Virus genome (UHGV): UHGV-0123923
Strand: one strand, 5' to 3'
Length of the DNA: 40,997 bases
Source of the DNA: a virus
In this document: positions 9,057 through 16,275 of the stretch, piece after piece
How the letters are laid out: each line of letters opens with the position of its first letter
Numbering within the stretch: the first letter of the stretch is position 1
The notes under the pieces: generated by a model
What the model was told of the DNA's origin: nothing
The model's database searches: none
The model's input: the letters and a program-made list of their open reading frames with translations, nothing else
Translations under genes and position numbers: made by a program

Positions 9057-9578
9057 TTATTCTTCTTCGAAATACTTGTTCTTGATTGCTGTCAGGCGCT
9101 CCAGATACTCAGCCAGGTCTTCGTCTTTAATCGCTGCAATCTTCATCTTCTTACCGGTAAACTCTTCCAGCAGTTCGTCAGAATCGTCGCACGCAGCATC
9201 GCTTGGGCCTTCGTTAATCGCATCGTCGATAGCCTGAATCTGGTCGCGCAGAGACTGGTAATCGACTTCTTCTTTCTCTTCTTCCGGCTCTGGCGTTGGT
9301 TCCTCTACTTTGTCCTTACGCGGCTTGCGCTTCGGCTTCTCTTCTTCTGCTGGTTTAGTGTCGACGATGTCTTCACCTTCAACCGGGATTTCTTTCGCCT
9401 TCTCGACTTCTTCAAGTGCTTTAGCCAGTTCTTTTTTAACTGTCTCTACCCCAGTTACCGCGACGTCAACAGTCAATTCACCTACAGATTTGCTAGTCGG
9501 TTGTTTCACACTGTTTGCAGCAATCAGTTCGTGGGCGACTACGAAACGTTCCAGTAATACCAAGAATTTCTCTAACAT
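9057..9578 (-). CDS. highly acidic, low-complexity early protein (173 aa)
   Basis: AGAGGAGAG RBS; first gene after promoter 9609..9637; long Glu/Asp-rich stretches with a central Lys/Pro-rich patch. Confidence 0.55.
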   Translation of the reverse strand: MLEKFLVLLERFVVAHELIAANSVKQPTSKSVGELTVDVAVTGVETVKKELAKALEEVEKAKEIPVEGEDIVDTKPAEEEKPKRKPRKDKVEEPTPEPEEEKEEVDYQSLRDQIQAIDDAINEGPSDAACDDSDELLEEFTGKKMKIAAIKDEDLAEYLERLTAIKNKYFEEE

Positions 9579-9608
9579 TTGTTTCTCTCCTCTCGTTTGG
9601 TATGGGCT

Positions 9609-9637
9609 AACTATAATAGCGAACTATTCACTTGTCA
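9609..9637 (-). promoter_or_regulatory. sigma70-like promoter (TTGACA-N17-TATAGT) with operator motif
   Basis: -35 is the reverse complement of 9632..9637, -10 of 9609..9614; AATAG(9614..9618)-CGAA-CTATT(9623..9627). Confidence 0.5.
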
Positions 9638-9641
9638 ATGG

Positions 9642-9671
9642 GCTTTTCTAAAATAATTAATATGGTACTAT
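9642..9671 (+). promoter_or_regulatory. operator motif with weak promoter upstream of the Cro-like gene
   Basis: AATAT(9658..9662)-GGTA-CTATT(9667..9671); TACTAT -10 at 9665..9670; poor -35 (TTTTCT). Confidence 0.35.
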
Positions 9672-9702
9672 TCACATATCAACTGACTAAGGAGTAATTG
9701 GC

Positions 9703-9918
9703 ATGCAACCATCTGAACTAGGTATCCGTGTAGAGCAACGCCGTAAAGAACTCGGTATCTCCCAGCGCCATCTGGCTGTCCTGGCCGGTGTTTCCCAAGG
9801 CGCAATTAACCAGCTTGCACTCGGTGTAACTCAGGACGTCCGCCCGGCGACGCTGTTTAAACTGGCGGAAGTGCTTGAAGTAGACGCCAAGTGGCTGTCG
9901 TTCGGTGAAGGGGCTTAA
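9703..9918 (+). CDS. XRE-family helix-turn-helix regulator (Cro/CI-like)
   Basis: 71 aa; AAGGAG RBS; HTH signature LGISQRHLAVLAGVSQGAINQLALG. Confidence 0.8.
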   Translation: MQPSELGIRVEQRRKELGISQRHLAVLAGVSQGAINQLALGVTQDVRPATLFKLAEVLEVDAKWLSFGEGA

Positions 9919-9934
9919 CGCCCCTTTCTTTTTA
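9909..9934 (+). terminator. intrinsic terminator after the Cro-like gene
   Basis: AGGGGC-TTAA-CGCCCCT hairpin with the stop codon in the loop, followed by TTTCTTTTTATT. Confidence 0.55.
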
Positions 9935-10129
9935 TTGCACCTTTATCGGGTATCTTTTGCGAAACTTACCTAACCCGCAGTATACGCTGTAAGCCTCTGT
10001 GTAACTGTACACAACATGATACCCGCGCCCGTAAGGAACTACGTTAAGAACTTCCACTACTTCGCCTCTGTGGTTGGTGTATTTATTACCTTTAAGTTCG
10101 TCACTTACTTCTTTAAATTTACCGCTCAT
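9932..10129 (-). CDS. hypothetical protein (65 aa)
   Basis: start overlaps primase stop; no recognisable motif. Confidence 0.4.
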   Translation of the reverse strand: MSGKFKEVSDELKGNKYTNHRGEVVEVLNVVPYGRGYHVVYSYTEAYSVYCGLGKFRKRYPIKVQ

Positions 10130-12393
10130 TCCAAATCCTCCTCTGTCACTGTCAGCATCTCATTCGGTTCATATATTGTCTTCGGAATCTTGTTATCAGT
10201 TATCCGGGTGTTCAGCCTGTAACGGCCAGGGATTATCTGATTGTTTTCGTCAGTCCCCGGAACAAGATACCCAGCCTCAACCATTTTCTTAATCTTCCCG
10301 CGTTCTATGGCTTCTTTGGAGTTAAACGCCTTTGCATTGGGGTCAGACTGTGCGAGCTTATTAGCGGCGGCGACTGTGATGCCTTCGTTGCCGTTGTAGG
10401 TTCCTTCCGCCAGTTCAAACGCCGCCAGTATCGTGGCTTCTGAACTGTTGACGGCGTTCTCTATGGTTTTACGTACGTTTTCTTTACCTTCTTTCGTCAA
10501 CCCTTCTTCCCGCTCTTTCTCCTCGTCAGTCTTGAACGGCTCGAAACCCCACGGCATTAACACAAGTGCCTTATGCGGCTCCGGCAGGTCGAGGTTTACG
10601 ATTGTGCCGTATTCCTCCGTGCTACCGAGGAACTCAACCGCACGGTACTCTTTCGGCGGCGGCGCTTCACGGAACTGTACCGACTCCAGCACCATGCCAA
10701 CCGTCTTCTGTTGCGGCCCGTGCTTAAATTTCGAGTGGTATACATTTATCTGACGGTCGGTAGCTCGTTCGATTGTCAGTTCCACGTCGACGCCAGCATA
10801 CAGCGCCCCACTGCCGCGGGCTTTCTTTCCGCCCTTCGGCGTATGGTGGACAACGCCTACCGCAGCTTTAGTCGCGTCACGTACTTCTTTCAGGATGGCG
10901 ATAACCTTACCCATGCCGATTGCCGTTGATGAACTGTTCTCGTCGAACTTATCAATCGTCAGGGCTAGCGTCTGGTTGAGGGTGTCGAACGCAACCATGC
11001 CGATGGGTTCGTCACCCGCAGTTTCACGCATCAACTTAATCAGGCTTTTCAGTTTTCCGACTTCGCCCATGTCGATGACATGTACATAATCTTTACCTTC
11101 CTCGCCATATTTAGCCGCGAGCGCATCGATACGGGTGCGTGTAGCTGCGCCGCCCTCACCGTCGATATAGAAATGGTGGCAACGCTGGGTGTCAGCACCC
11201 GCAAACCGGTATCCGGCGGCGCTCAGGTACATCATCCCCAGCGTATAGAAGGATTTATACGTACCGGACTCCCCGACGATATCCCATATGCAATCCGACG
11301 GCATGTACCCTTCAACGACGAAATCAGCCTTTACCGGTTCCGGTAACTCGTCCTCCTCTGAGTCCTCGTCGTCTTCAAGGTCGTCCAGGCTGCAAGAAAC
11401 AGATTCACGTGCACCCCATCCGATGGCCTCTGCGACTTCACTGAACGGCAGCCCCGTCGCATCGCACGCATACTTCCACACCTCTTTCGGTGACATGCCT
11501 TCGGTCGCCGTAATGTCAGTGTCGTGAATCATGGTTACGTTCGGCGCCTCATATCCCTCTCGCGGGAAGCACAGCAGGAAGTCATCCGGGCGCGGCGTCG
11601 GGTCGCTGTAGTTTTCTGCGTGTTCTGGCGTAGCTGGCATCTTAAGGCCTCGTGGCGTCATGATACCGCCATACTCGAACGCCAGTGCCTCGAACGCGTC
11701 GGTAAACGCGGTGCGCAGTTCTTCCGGTATCTGGTAATCCGATGCGCTGCTAACGTCAACGGCGGGGATGCCTTCCAGTAACTCGTCCGGGTCAATCAGG
11801 TCGTTGCGGCGTGACCAGATAACGGTAGAGCCAACCGGAGGCAGGTACATCGGTTGCGAAAGAGTGAACCCGCTGCGGTCAGCACCCATGCTTTTGAAGA
11901 AGTGTTCCAGCAATCCATGGCGAACACGGATGATGTCACCACCTTCGACCGGACGGGCCAGCGGCATGACGACGCGAAAGCGCGGGGCCTCGTCGGTATG
12001 TGATGCCGTGGTATAGATACACATGCCCCGGCGGCTGCGTTTAACTAAGCGCACCGCTTCCTGATACTCTTCTGGTGTTGCGCTGTCGAAGTCCAGATAC
12101 GCCAGCGACGATTTGCTTACAGACGCGTCACAGCGATAGAAAAAGCCTTTACGCGCTTGCTTAAAGTCGCCGGTTTCCGGGTCTTTTACAGTGCTGTGCG
12201 TCGAGTCGCACGCGGCGGTGATATAACCGGGCGCGGTCTTCGGGTTAATTCCGTCACGGACAGCATCGAGTGGCTGGATTAACTCTTTCAGGTCGTCCAG
12301 TGTTGCCGTGTGTGTGGTTCTGACGTTTATATCCTTTTTCTCAGCCCGCGCGTTGCGACGCGACCACGAGTAGGATAAAATTACATCGGACAT
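10126..12393 (-). CDS. primase-polymerase (AEP-like) fused to a RecA-like ATPase (primase/helicase)
   Basis: 755 aa; GAAGGAAAT RBS; N-terminal LAYLDFD and SHTDE motifs; C-terminal Walker A GESGTYKS in a DnaB/RepA-like ATPase domain. Confidence 0.7.
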   Translation of the reverse strand: MSDVILSYSWSRRNARAEKKDINVRTTHTATLDDLKELIQPLDAVRDGINPKTAPGYITAACDSTHSTVKDPETGDFKQARKGFFYRCDASVSKSSLAYLDFDSATPEEYQEAVRLVKRSRRGMCIYTTASHTDEAPRFRVVMPLARPVEGGDIIRVRHGLLEHFFKSMGADRSGFTLSQPMYLPPVGSTVIWSRRNDLIDPDELLEGIPAVDVSSASDYQIPEELRTAFTDAFEALAFEYGGIMTPRGLKMPATPEHAENYSDPTPRPDDFLLCFPREGYEAPNVTMIHDTDITATEGMSPKEVWKYACDATGLPFSEVAEAIGWGARESVSCSLDDLEDDEDSEEDELPEPVKADFVVEGYMPSDCIWDIVGESGTYKSFYTLGMMYLSAAGYRFAGADTQRCHHFYIDGEGGAATRTRIDALAAKYGEEGKDYVHVIDMGEVGKLKSLIKLMRETAGDEPIGMVAFDTLNQTLALTIDKFDENSSSTAIGMGKVIAILKEVRDATKAAVGVVHHTPKGGKKARGSGALYAGVDVELTIERATDRQINVYHSKFKHGPQQKTVGMVLESVQFREAPPPKEYRAVEFLGSTEEYGTIVNLDLPEPHKALVLMPWGFEPFKTDEEKEREEGLTKEGKENVRKTIENAVNSSEATILAAFELAEGTYNGNEGITVAAANKLAQSDPNAKAFNSKEAIERGKIKKMVEAGYLVPGTDENNQIIPGRYRLNTRITDNKIPKTIYEPNEMLTVTEEDLE

Positions 12394-12451
12394 GTTATAT
12401 TTCCTTCAGCAAGTAATTTGGCCTCGGCGTTCACCGCGTCGGGGCTTTCTT

Positions 12452-12727
12452 TTATTCCAGGTCGCGGGAGATATTACCCTCGGGCACCAACACTTTTCCA
12501 ATACTTCTCGCTTTCTCTGTAATAGGCGTCGCTCTTGTTGCCCGATAAAACTTTCCTTTATTAAGAATCTCACCATGTCGCTCGAGCACATCTAAAGCAT
12601 GTTTGATCGGGTTTACACCGTAATTATCCAACCGGTATCTCCGAAGCCCGTCTACCGTAAAAGCGCCGTTCGCTTCGGTCAGTCTGCGTGCACACATTAA
12701 TATGTGTTTCTGGAATTTAGTTAGCAT
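12452..12727 (-). CDS. hypothetical protein (~91 aa)
   Basis: start placed at the ATG behind a TAAGGAGA RBS; the longer upstream extension in the ORF track is likely spurious. Confidence 0.4.
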   Translation of the reverse strand: MLTKFQKHILMCARRLTEANGAFTVDGLRRYRLDNYGVNPIKHALDVLERHGEILNKGKFYRATRATPITEKARSIGKVLVPEGNISRDLE

Positions 12728-12896
12728 CTTTAACGTTCTCCTTAATCCACGCCTCCACAGTAGCGCGGTCAAAGGTACCTGGCTGACGGTAGCCGTTGAT
12801 AACGCGGCAACACTCCGGGAACTTTCCTGACCGAAGCCAGCGATTAAGAGTCATAGGGGAAACCCCGATTAAGTCTGCTACTTCTTTCTGTGTCAT
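12717..12896 (-). CDS. AlpA/excisionase-like small HTH DNA-binding protein
   Basis: start placed at ATG (MTQKEVADLIGVSPMTLNRWL) behind a GAGAGGG RBS; first gene of the primase operon. Confidence 0.55.
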   Translation of the reverse strand: MTQKEVADLIGVSPMTLNRWLRSGKFPECCRVINGYRQPGTFDRATVEAWIKENVKDAN

Positions 12897-12925
12897 TTTA
12901 CGCGCCCTCTCTATCAAGTGAAACA

Positions 12926-12954
12926 ACTATAACACCTACAATAGACAAACACAA
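12926..12954 (-). promoter_or_regulatory. candidate promoter of the primase operon (TTGTGT-N17-TATAGT)
   Basis: -10 is the reverse complement of 12926..12931; AATAG(12940..12944) and CTATT(12956..12960) arms flank the -35. Confidence 0.3.
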
Positions 12955-12958
12955 CCTA

Positions 12959-12986
12959 TTGACAAAATAAAATGTAGCTGTAAAAT
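12959..12986 (+). promoter_or_regulatory. candidate rightward promoter (TTGACA-N16-TAAAAT)
   Basis: TTGACA 12959..12964, TAAAAT 12981..12986 preceded by TG; AT-rich surroundings. Confidence 0.4.
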
Positions 12987-13053
12987 CAACGTATCGAATG
13001 GCTTTAGTTAAGAATTACTTAGAAACAATATTCTTAAGTCTCGGGTACTTAAA

Positions 13054-13073
13054 GCCCCGCCATAAAGCGGGGC
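13054..13073. other. conserved GC hairpin element, copy 1 (GCCCCGC-CATAAA-GCGGGGC)
   Basis: 7 bp perfect stem; same stem and flanks recur inverted at 24547..24566. Confidence 0.5.
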
Positions 13074-13317
13074 GCTAAATAGTACTCTTGGTAACGTTAG
13101 TATCTAAGTTTCCTCAAAGTAACAGCAAGTGGCAAGAAAGCCCCCGTCTATTTAAATTTTACCCTCCTTCATAAGCCACTGATAATTAAAAGTTTCTATA
13201 GTTGCCGTAAACGTGGAAGAGAGTACTTCACTTCGCTGGGGTGGGCTAACGCCCACCCACTGCGTTGCGTACTCTTTTAAGAAACGAAAGAATCACAACG
13301 GCAACGTAACTATTCTC

Positions 13318-13346
13318 TTGCACACCCCAACATAATAGGATACTAT
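13318..13346 (+). promoter_or_regulatory. promoter (TTGCAC-N17-TACTAT) with operator motif, for the rightward small-gene block
   Basis: TTGCAC 13318..13323, TACTAT 13341..13346; AATAG(13334..13338)-GATA-CTATT(13343..13347); ~36/39 nt identical to the reverse-strand promoter at 33012..33040. Confidence 0.55.
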
Positions 13347-13380
13347 TCACTTATCGAAACGAGACAGAGGAGTGAGGGTT

Positions 13381-13572
13381 ATGTTTAAACGTGGTCAGTT
13401 GGTTAAATACTCCGACGATAAACACGGCATAATTGAATTAAAATCTGCTTTATTTCCAGGAAAGTACGTAGTTACCGTGCAAAATGTGAGAGGAGTAAAT
13501 TCACAAATATACGTAGCGGAGGAGAACTTAAAACTCATCGGCAACAATTTTAAATTTAAAGGGGCGAAGTGA
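13381..13572 (+). CDS. hypothetical protein (63 aa)
   Basis: ATG behind GAGGAGTGAGGG RBS; the ORF track's upstream GTG start is unlikely. Confidence 0.5.
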   Translation: MFKRGQLVKYSDDKHGIIELKSALFPGKYVVTVQNVRGVNSQIYVAEENLKLIGNNFKFKGAK

Positions 13573-13772
13573 TGGAAGAATTATTTGAAGAACTGAAACA
13601 TCATGATTTCGAGGAAATATATTTCGTAGCTGAACGCTACGAGGTGCATTTATCGGACGGGATTACAATTATTACGATGGATAGCCAGCAAATGCTAAAT
13701 AGCTTACAGGCAATCAAAACGGCATCGAATCGTGATGCTTGTGCCGACGACTCTGAGGGAGGTTGCCGTTAA
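13569..13772 (+). CDS. hypothetical acidic protein (67 aa)
   Basis: ATGA start/stop overlap with the upstream gene. Confidence 0.5.
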   Translation: MMEELFEELKHHDFEEIYFVAERYEVHLSDGITIITMDSQQMLNSLQAIKTASNRDACADDSEGGCR

Positions 13773-13951
13773 TGCGAATCCGTATAACTGACCGCAGGCT
13801 TGTCCGTATAACTGACCGCAGGCTTATAGATTTCGGTATCTCGGTAGGTGATGTTTTTCCGGCGTTCAGCATCAACCATTATGGTTTTATGATTGAGTAC
13901 AAAGGGTCGTTATTGTTCGTGTATCGGGATGAATGTGAGGTTCTGGTATGA
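13772..13951 (+). CDS. hypothetical protein containing an 8-residue tandem peptide repeat
   Basis: ATG behind GAGGGAGG RBS; 24 bp tandem duplication encodes RITDRRLV-RITDRRLI. Confidence 0.45.
   Translation: MRIRITDRRLVRITDRRLIDFGISVGDVFPAFSINHYGFMIEYKGSLLFVYRDECEVLV
13780..13827. repeat. 24 bp tandem direct repeat, 2 copies, 23/24 identical
   Basis: CCGTATAACTGACCGCAGGCTTGT then CCGTATAACTGACCGCAGGCTTAT, read directly. Confidence 0.85.
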
Positions 13952-14103
13952 GAGAAGCATTTGAACGGTGGGCTGTGGTCGAGGGTCTGCCGGTTAACAA
14001 GGGTTCAAAGAAAGAGTACCTGAACGTTAAGACGCGTCTCGCGTGGCGGGCGTGGAAAGCTGGTGTGCAATCCTTGATTGAAAGAGGTGTGAGGTATGGG
14101 TGA
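13948..14103 (+). CDS. hypothetical small protein (51 aa), below the ORF-track cutoff
   Basis: ATGA overlap with the upstream stop; stop overlaps the next gene start. Confidence 0.3.
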   Translation: MREAFERWAVVEGLPVNKGSKKEYLNVKTRLAWRAWKAGVQSLIERGVRYG

Positions 14104-14296
14104 GTGGATTAAGTGTAGCGAGATGCTGCCGGGTAATGGGTATACGGATAAAGAGTTCCTGGTGTATGAAACGTTAAATAACGCAGTTCAGCACGATTAT
14201 TACATAGTTCCTGATGACGGGAGAAAGCCTTTCTGGAATCACTACGATAAGTACGTGACGCACTGGATGCCGTTACCCGAGCCGCCAGAAGTGTGA
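14096..14296 (+). CDS. DUF551-like protein
   Basis: MGEWIKCSEMLP N-terminus and THWMPLPEPPEV C-terminus; paralog of 8487..8744. Confidence 0.5.
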   Translation: MGEWIKCSEMLPGNGYTDKEFLVYETLNNAVQHDYYIVPDDGRKPFWNHYDKYVTHWMPLPEPPEV

Positions 14297-14430
14297 TGTT
14301 CAATAGTTTGGGATTTTACTGAGTGACTTACGCTGCTACACAGCAGCGTACAACTTTAACTTAGTGTCGTCAAAAGGCGACACTTTCATCAAACGCAACA
14401 ATCGAAGCGACTATTGCAGGAGATGCAACA

Positions 14431-14604
14431 ATGATTACTAAAGAACAGGCTGAACGACTAATCACGTTAATCGACACGATGGTTGATGCGAAAACCGATT
14501 TAGCAACGGCAACAGAGGAATCCGCTACCTGGTCGCTTGAAGAAAGAGAGGCAGAAGCGGAAAGGGAGTTACTGGCGTTCATCGACTCTATAACACACCA
14601 ATAA
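14431..14604 (+). CDS. hypothetical small acidic protein (57 aa)
   Basis: ATG behind GGAG; the antisense ORF 14370..14582 in the track is probably its shadow. Confidence 0.3.
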   Translation: MITKEQAERLITLIDTMVDAKTDLATATEESATWSLEEREAEAERELLAFIDSITHQ

Positions 14605-14611
14605 AATTTAC

Positions 14612-14640
14612 TTGCACACTGGGATAGAATAGGCTACTAT
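14612..14640 (+). promoter_or_regulatory. promoter (TTGCAC-N17-TACTAT) with operator motif
   Basis: TTGCAC 14612..14617, TACTAT 14635..14640; AATAG(14628..14632)-GCTA-CTATT(14637..14641). Confidence 0.55.
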
Positions 14641-14670
14641 TCATTTACACGAGCGAGAGGAGAGACAGAG

Positions 14671-14808
14671 ATGGGCTGGTATGGTAGCTGGACTTTAGGC
14701 GAACTGGTAGACGCTTACGAAATAATTAGTAGCACTTCGGTGTGTGACGGCGACACTAAATCGCTGCTAGTCGGGGTGGATGCGAAAAGGGGTGAAGCTG
14801 ATGAGTAA
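14671..14808 (+). CDS. hypothetical small protein (45 aa)
   Basis: strong GAGAGGAGAGA RBS; stop overlaps the next ATG. Confidence 0.3.
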   Translation: MGWYGSWTLGELVDAYEIISSTSVCDGDTKSLLVGVDAKRGEADE

Positions 14809-15346
14809 CAAAAACGAAATATTCGAGTACCTGATCGACCAGCTACGGCAGCAGGTAAATAACAGCCGGAGCGAAGACCCGGCGCATGAGGTGCAGTCAC
14901 TTAAGAATCAGTTACGTGATGCGTCGGCGAAGATTAAGGAGTTGCGGGAAGACAACATTAAGAAATCTGAGCACATATCGCACCTGACAGGGCAAGTTAA
15001 GGAGTTGCATCTGGCATTGGTCGAGGCTACTGGTGACGTGGAGGCATACAAACTTATCCGCAAAGGTGCGTACGGTTCGGAGCAATCTGGTTGCCGAAAA
15101 GAAGATACGCAGGAATGTGACCACAATTGGATTATCGCTCCCGGATTGTTTATTGCCGAAGGCCACAAGGACAACGTGCCCGGTAGCCGGTTTTGCTGCG
15201 AATGCGGCAAGCGTGAGTGGGACGGACTTGAGTATGGGGCAACAGCCTGTACACAGGAGTGCAAACACAGTTTCTATTATGTAATAACAGATGGCTCCGC
15301 GCCGTTCGGTACGAAAGTATGTAAAACGTGCGGGGAATACTTCTGA
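14801..15346 (+). CDS. coiled-coil protein with C-terminal Cys-rich (zinc-binding-like) domain
   Basis: start chosen at the ATG coupled to the upstream stop; C-terminal CDHNW...CCECGK...CTQECKH...CKTCGEYF. Confidence 0.45.
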   Translation: MSNKNEIFEYLIDQLRQQVNNSRSEDPAHEVQSLKNQLRDASAKIKELREDNIKKSEHISHLTGQVKELHLALVEATGDVEAYKLIRKGAYGSEQSGCRKEDTQECDHNWIIAPGLFIAEGHKDNVPGSRFCCECGKREWDGLEYGATACTQECKHSFYYVITDGSAPFGTKVCKTCGEYF

Positions 15347-15549
15347 TGACCAGCATCTTATTTATCTGGGTACTGTCGGCGGGCCAGATGCAACTAGCGG
15401 CATCGGAAACGTTTTATTCGACGGAGGCGTGCCAGTCCGCGGCACGCGCCGCAGAGAACGCACACTTCCTGTTTCAGGGCGACAAGCCCAACGATTCAGA
15501 GGTACGCGCTATCTGCTCACCTAAGCGACTTGGCAATCAGGAGAAGTGA
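15346..15549 (+). CDS. small protein with hydrophobic N-terminus (possible membrane or exported protein)
   Basis: ATG overlaps the upstream stop; MTSILFIWVLSAGQMQLAAS; start uncertain. Confidence 0.4.
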   Translation: MTSILFIWVLSAGQMQLAASETFYSTEACQSAARAAENAHFLFQGDKPNDSEVRAICSPKRLGNQEK

Positions 15550-15731
15550 TTATGGTACAGAGATATTTATTACAAGGCGGTTTTGTCGCCCCGTATGATG
15601 AAGGACACTGGGTATTATATAACGATTATGTAAAACTCGAAGCTGAGTTACAGAAATACAAAGACCAGTTCCCGGATTACGTAGAGTGCGCGAACTGCGG
15701 GTCAATTACACATGTGGAAGGGGTGGAGTGA
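15546..15731 (+). CDS. hypothetical protein, paralog A (MVQRY family)
   Basis: shares MVQRY..G.WVLY.DY..LE..L pattern with the next gene. Confidence 0.45.
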   Translation: MIMVQRYLLQGGFVAPYDEGHWVLYNDYVKLEAELQKYKDQFPDYVECANCGSITHVEGVE

Positions 15732-15910
15732 TGGTGCAGAGATACGAAAACTACCACGGCGATATGTTTCAGGGCGCGGAAGGGCGCTGGGTCCTATACG
15801 AAGACTACGCGGAGCTTGAACGTAAACTGCGTGAGCTTGCTAAGCAGGTAGTAAACAGTCCGTGCGACTGGAAGACGGATGAATTGGCGCGCGAGATTCT
15901 GGACCTATGA
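15731..15910 (+). CDS. hypothetical protein, paralog B (MVQRY family)
   Basis: start moved to internal ATG (MVQRYENYHGDMF) overlapping the upstream stop. Confidence 0.45.
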   Translation: MVQRYENYHGDMFQGAEGRWVLYEDYAELERKLRELAKQVVNSPCDWKTDELAREILDL

Positions 15911-16200
15911 GCCTGGCAACTGACATCCTGAAACGAAGCGGCCTTGCGCCGCTGTCACCGAGAGCTAAAACACAGATATACAAGCGCCGCCGTAACGCGC
16001 TGTACCCTGAGATTCAGGCCCGACGCAAAGCTATCCGCGCCTGTGGCTTCCAGAACGGGAAGGCCGTGAATCTCGGTGAGTTCAAAACACAGGAACGTGC
16101 AGCTATAGCTAATCGGTTATTTAATTACTGGAAATCGCTTGGATACGATGATATTCCGACGAAACCACAGAGACGACAATACATCTGGAGACATAAATAA
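15907..16200 (+). CDS. hypothetical basic protein (97 aa)
   Basis: ATGA overlap with upstream gene; Arg/Lys-rich. Confidence 0.5.
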   Translation: MSLATDILKRSGLAPLSPRAKTQIYKRRRNALYPEIQARRKAIRACGFQNGKAVNLGEFKTQERAAIANRLFNYWKSLGYDDIPTKPQRRQYIWRHK

Positions 16201-16275
16201 ACCGTTATTAAGATAATTCCTAACCGTGCTATCCTCCAGTTACTGCATACTTAATACGCACCTGGAGGATTCATC

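Noticed and set aside
12406-12591. 61 aa minus-strand ORF upstream of the primase gene
   Set aside because: Overlaps the better-supported 12452..12727 gene in another frame; no RBS; Arg-rich low-complexity translation
12972-13058. 28 aa ORF in the large non-coding region
   Set aside because: No RBS and it sits within promoter and hairpin elements
14370-14582. 70 aa minus-strand ORF in the rightward small-gene block
   Set aside because: Serine/alanine-rich low-complexity translation antisense to a plus-strand ORF (14431..14604) that has an RBS and fits the operon direction
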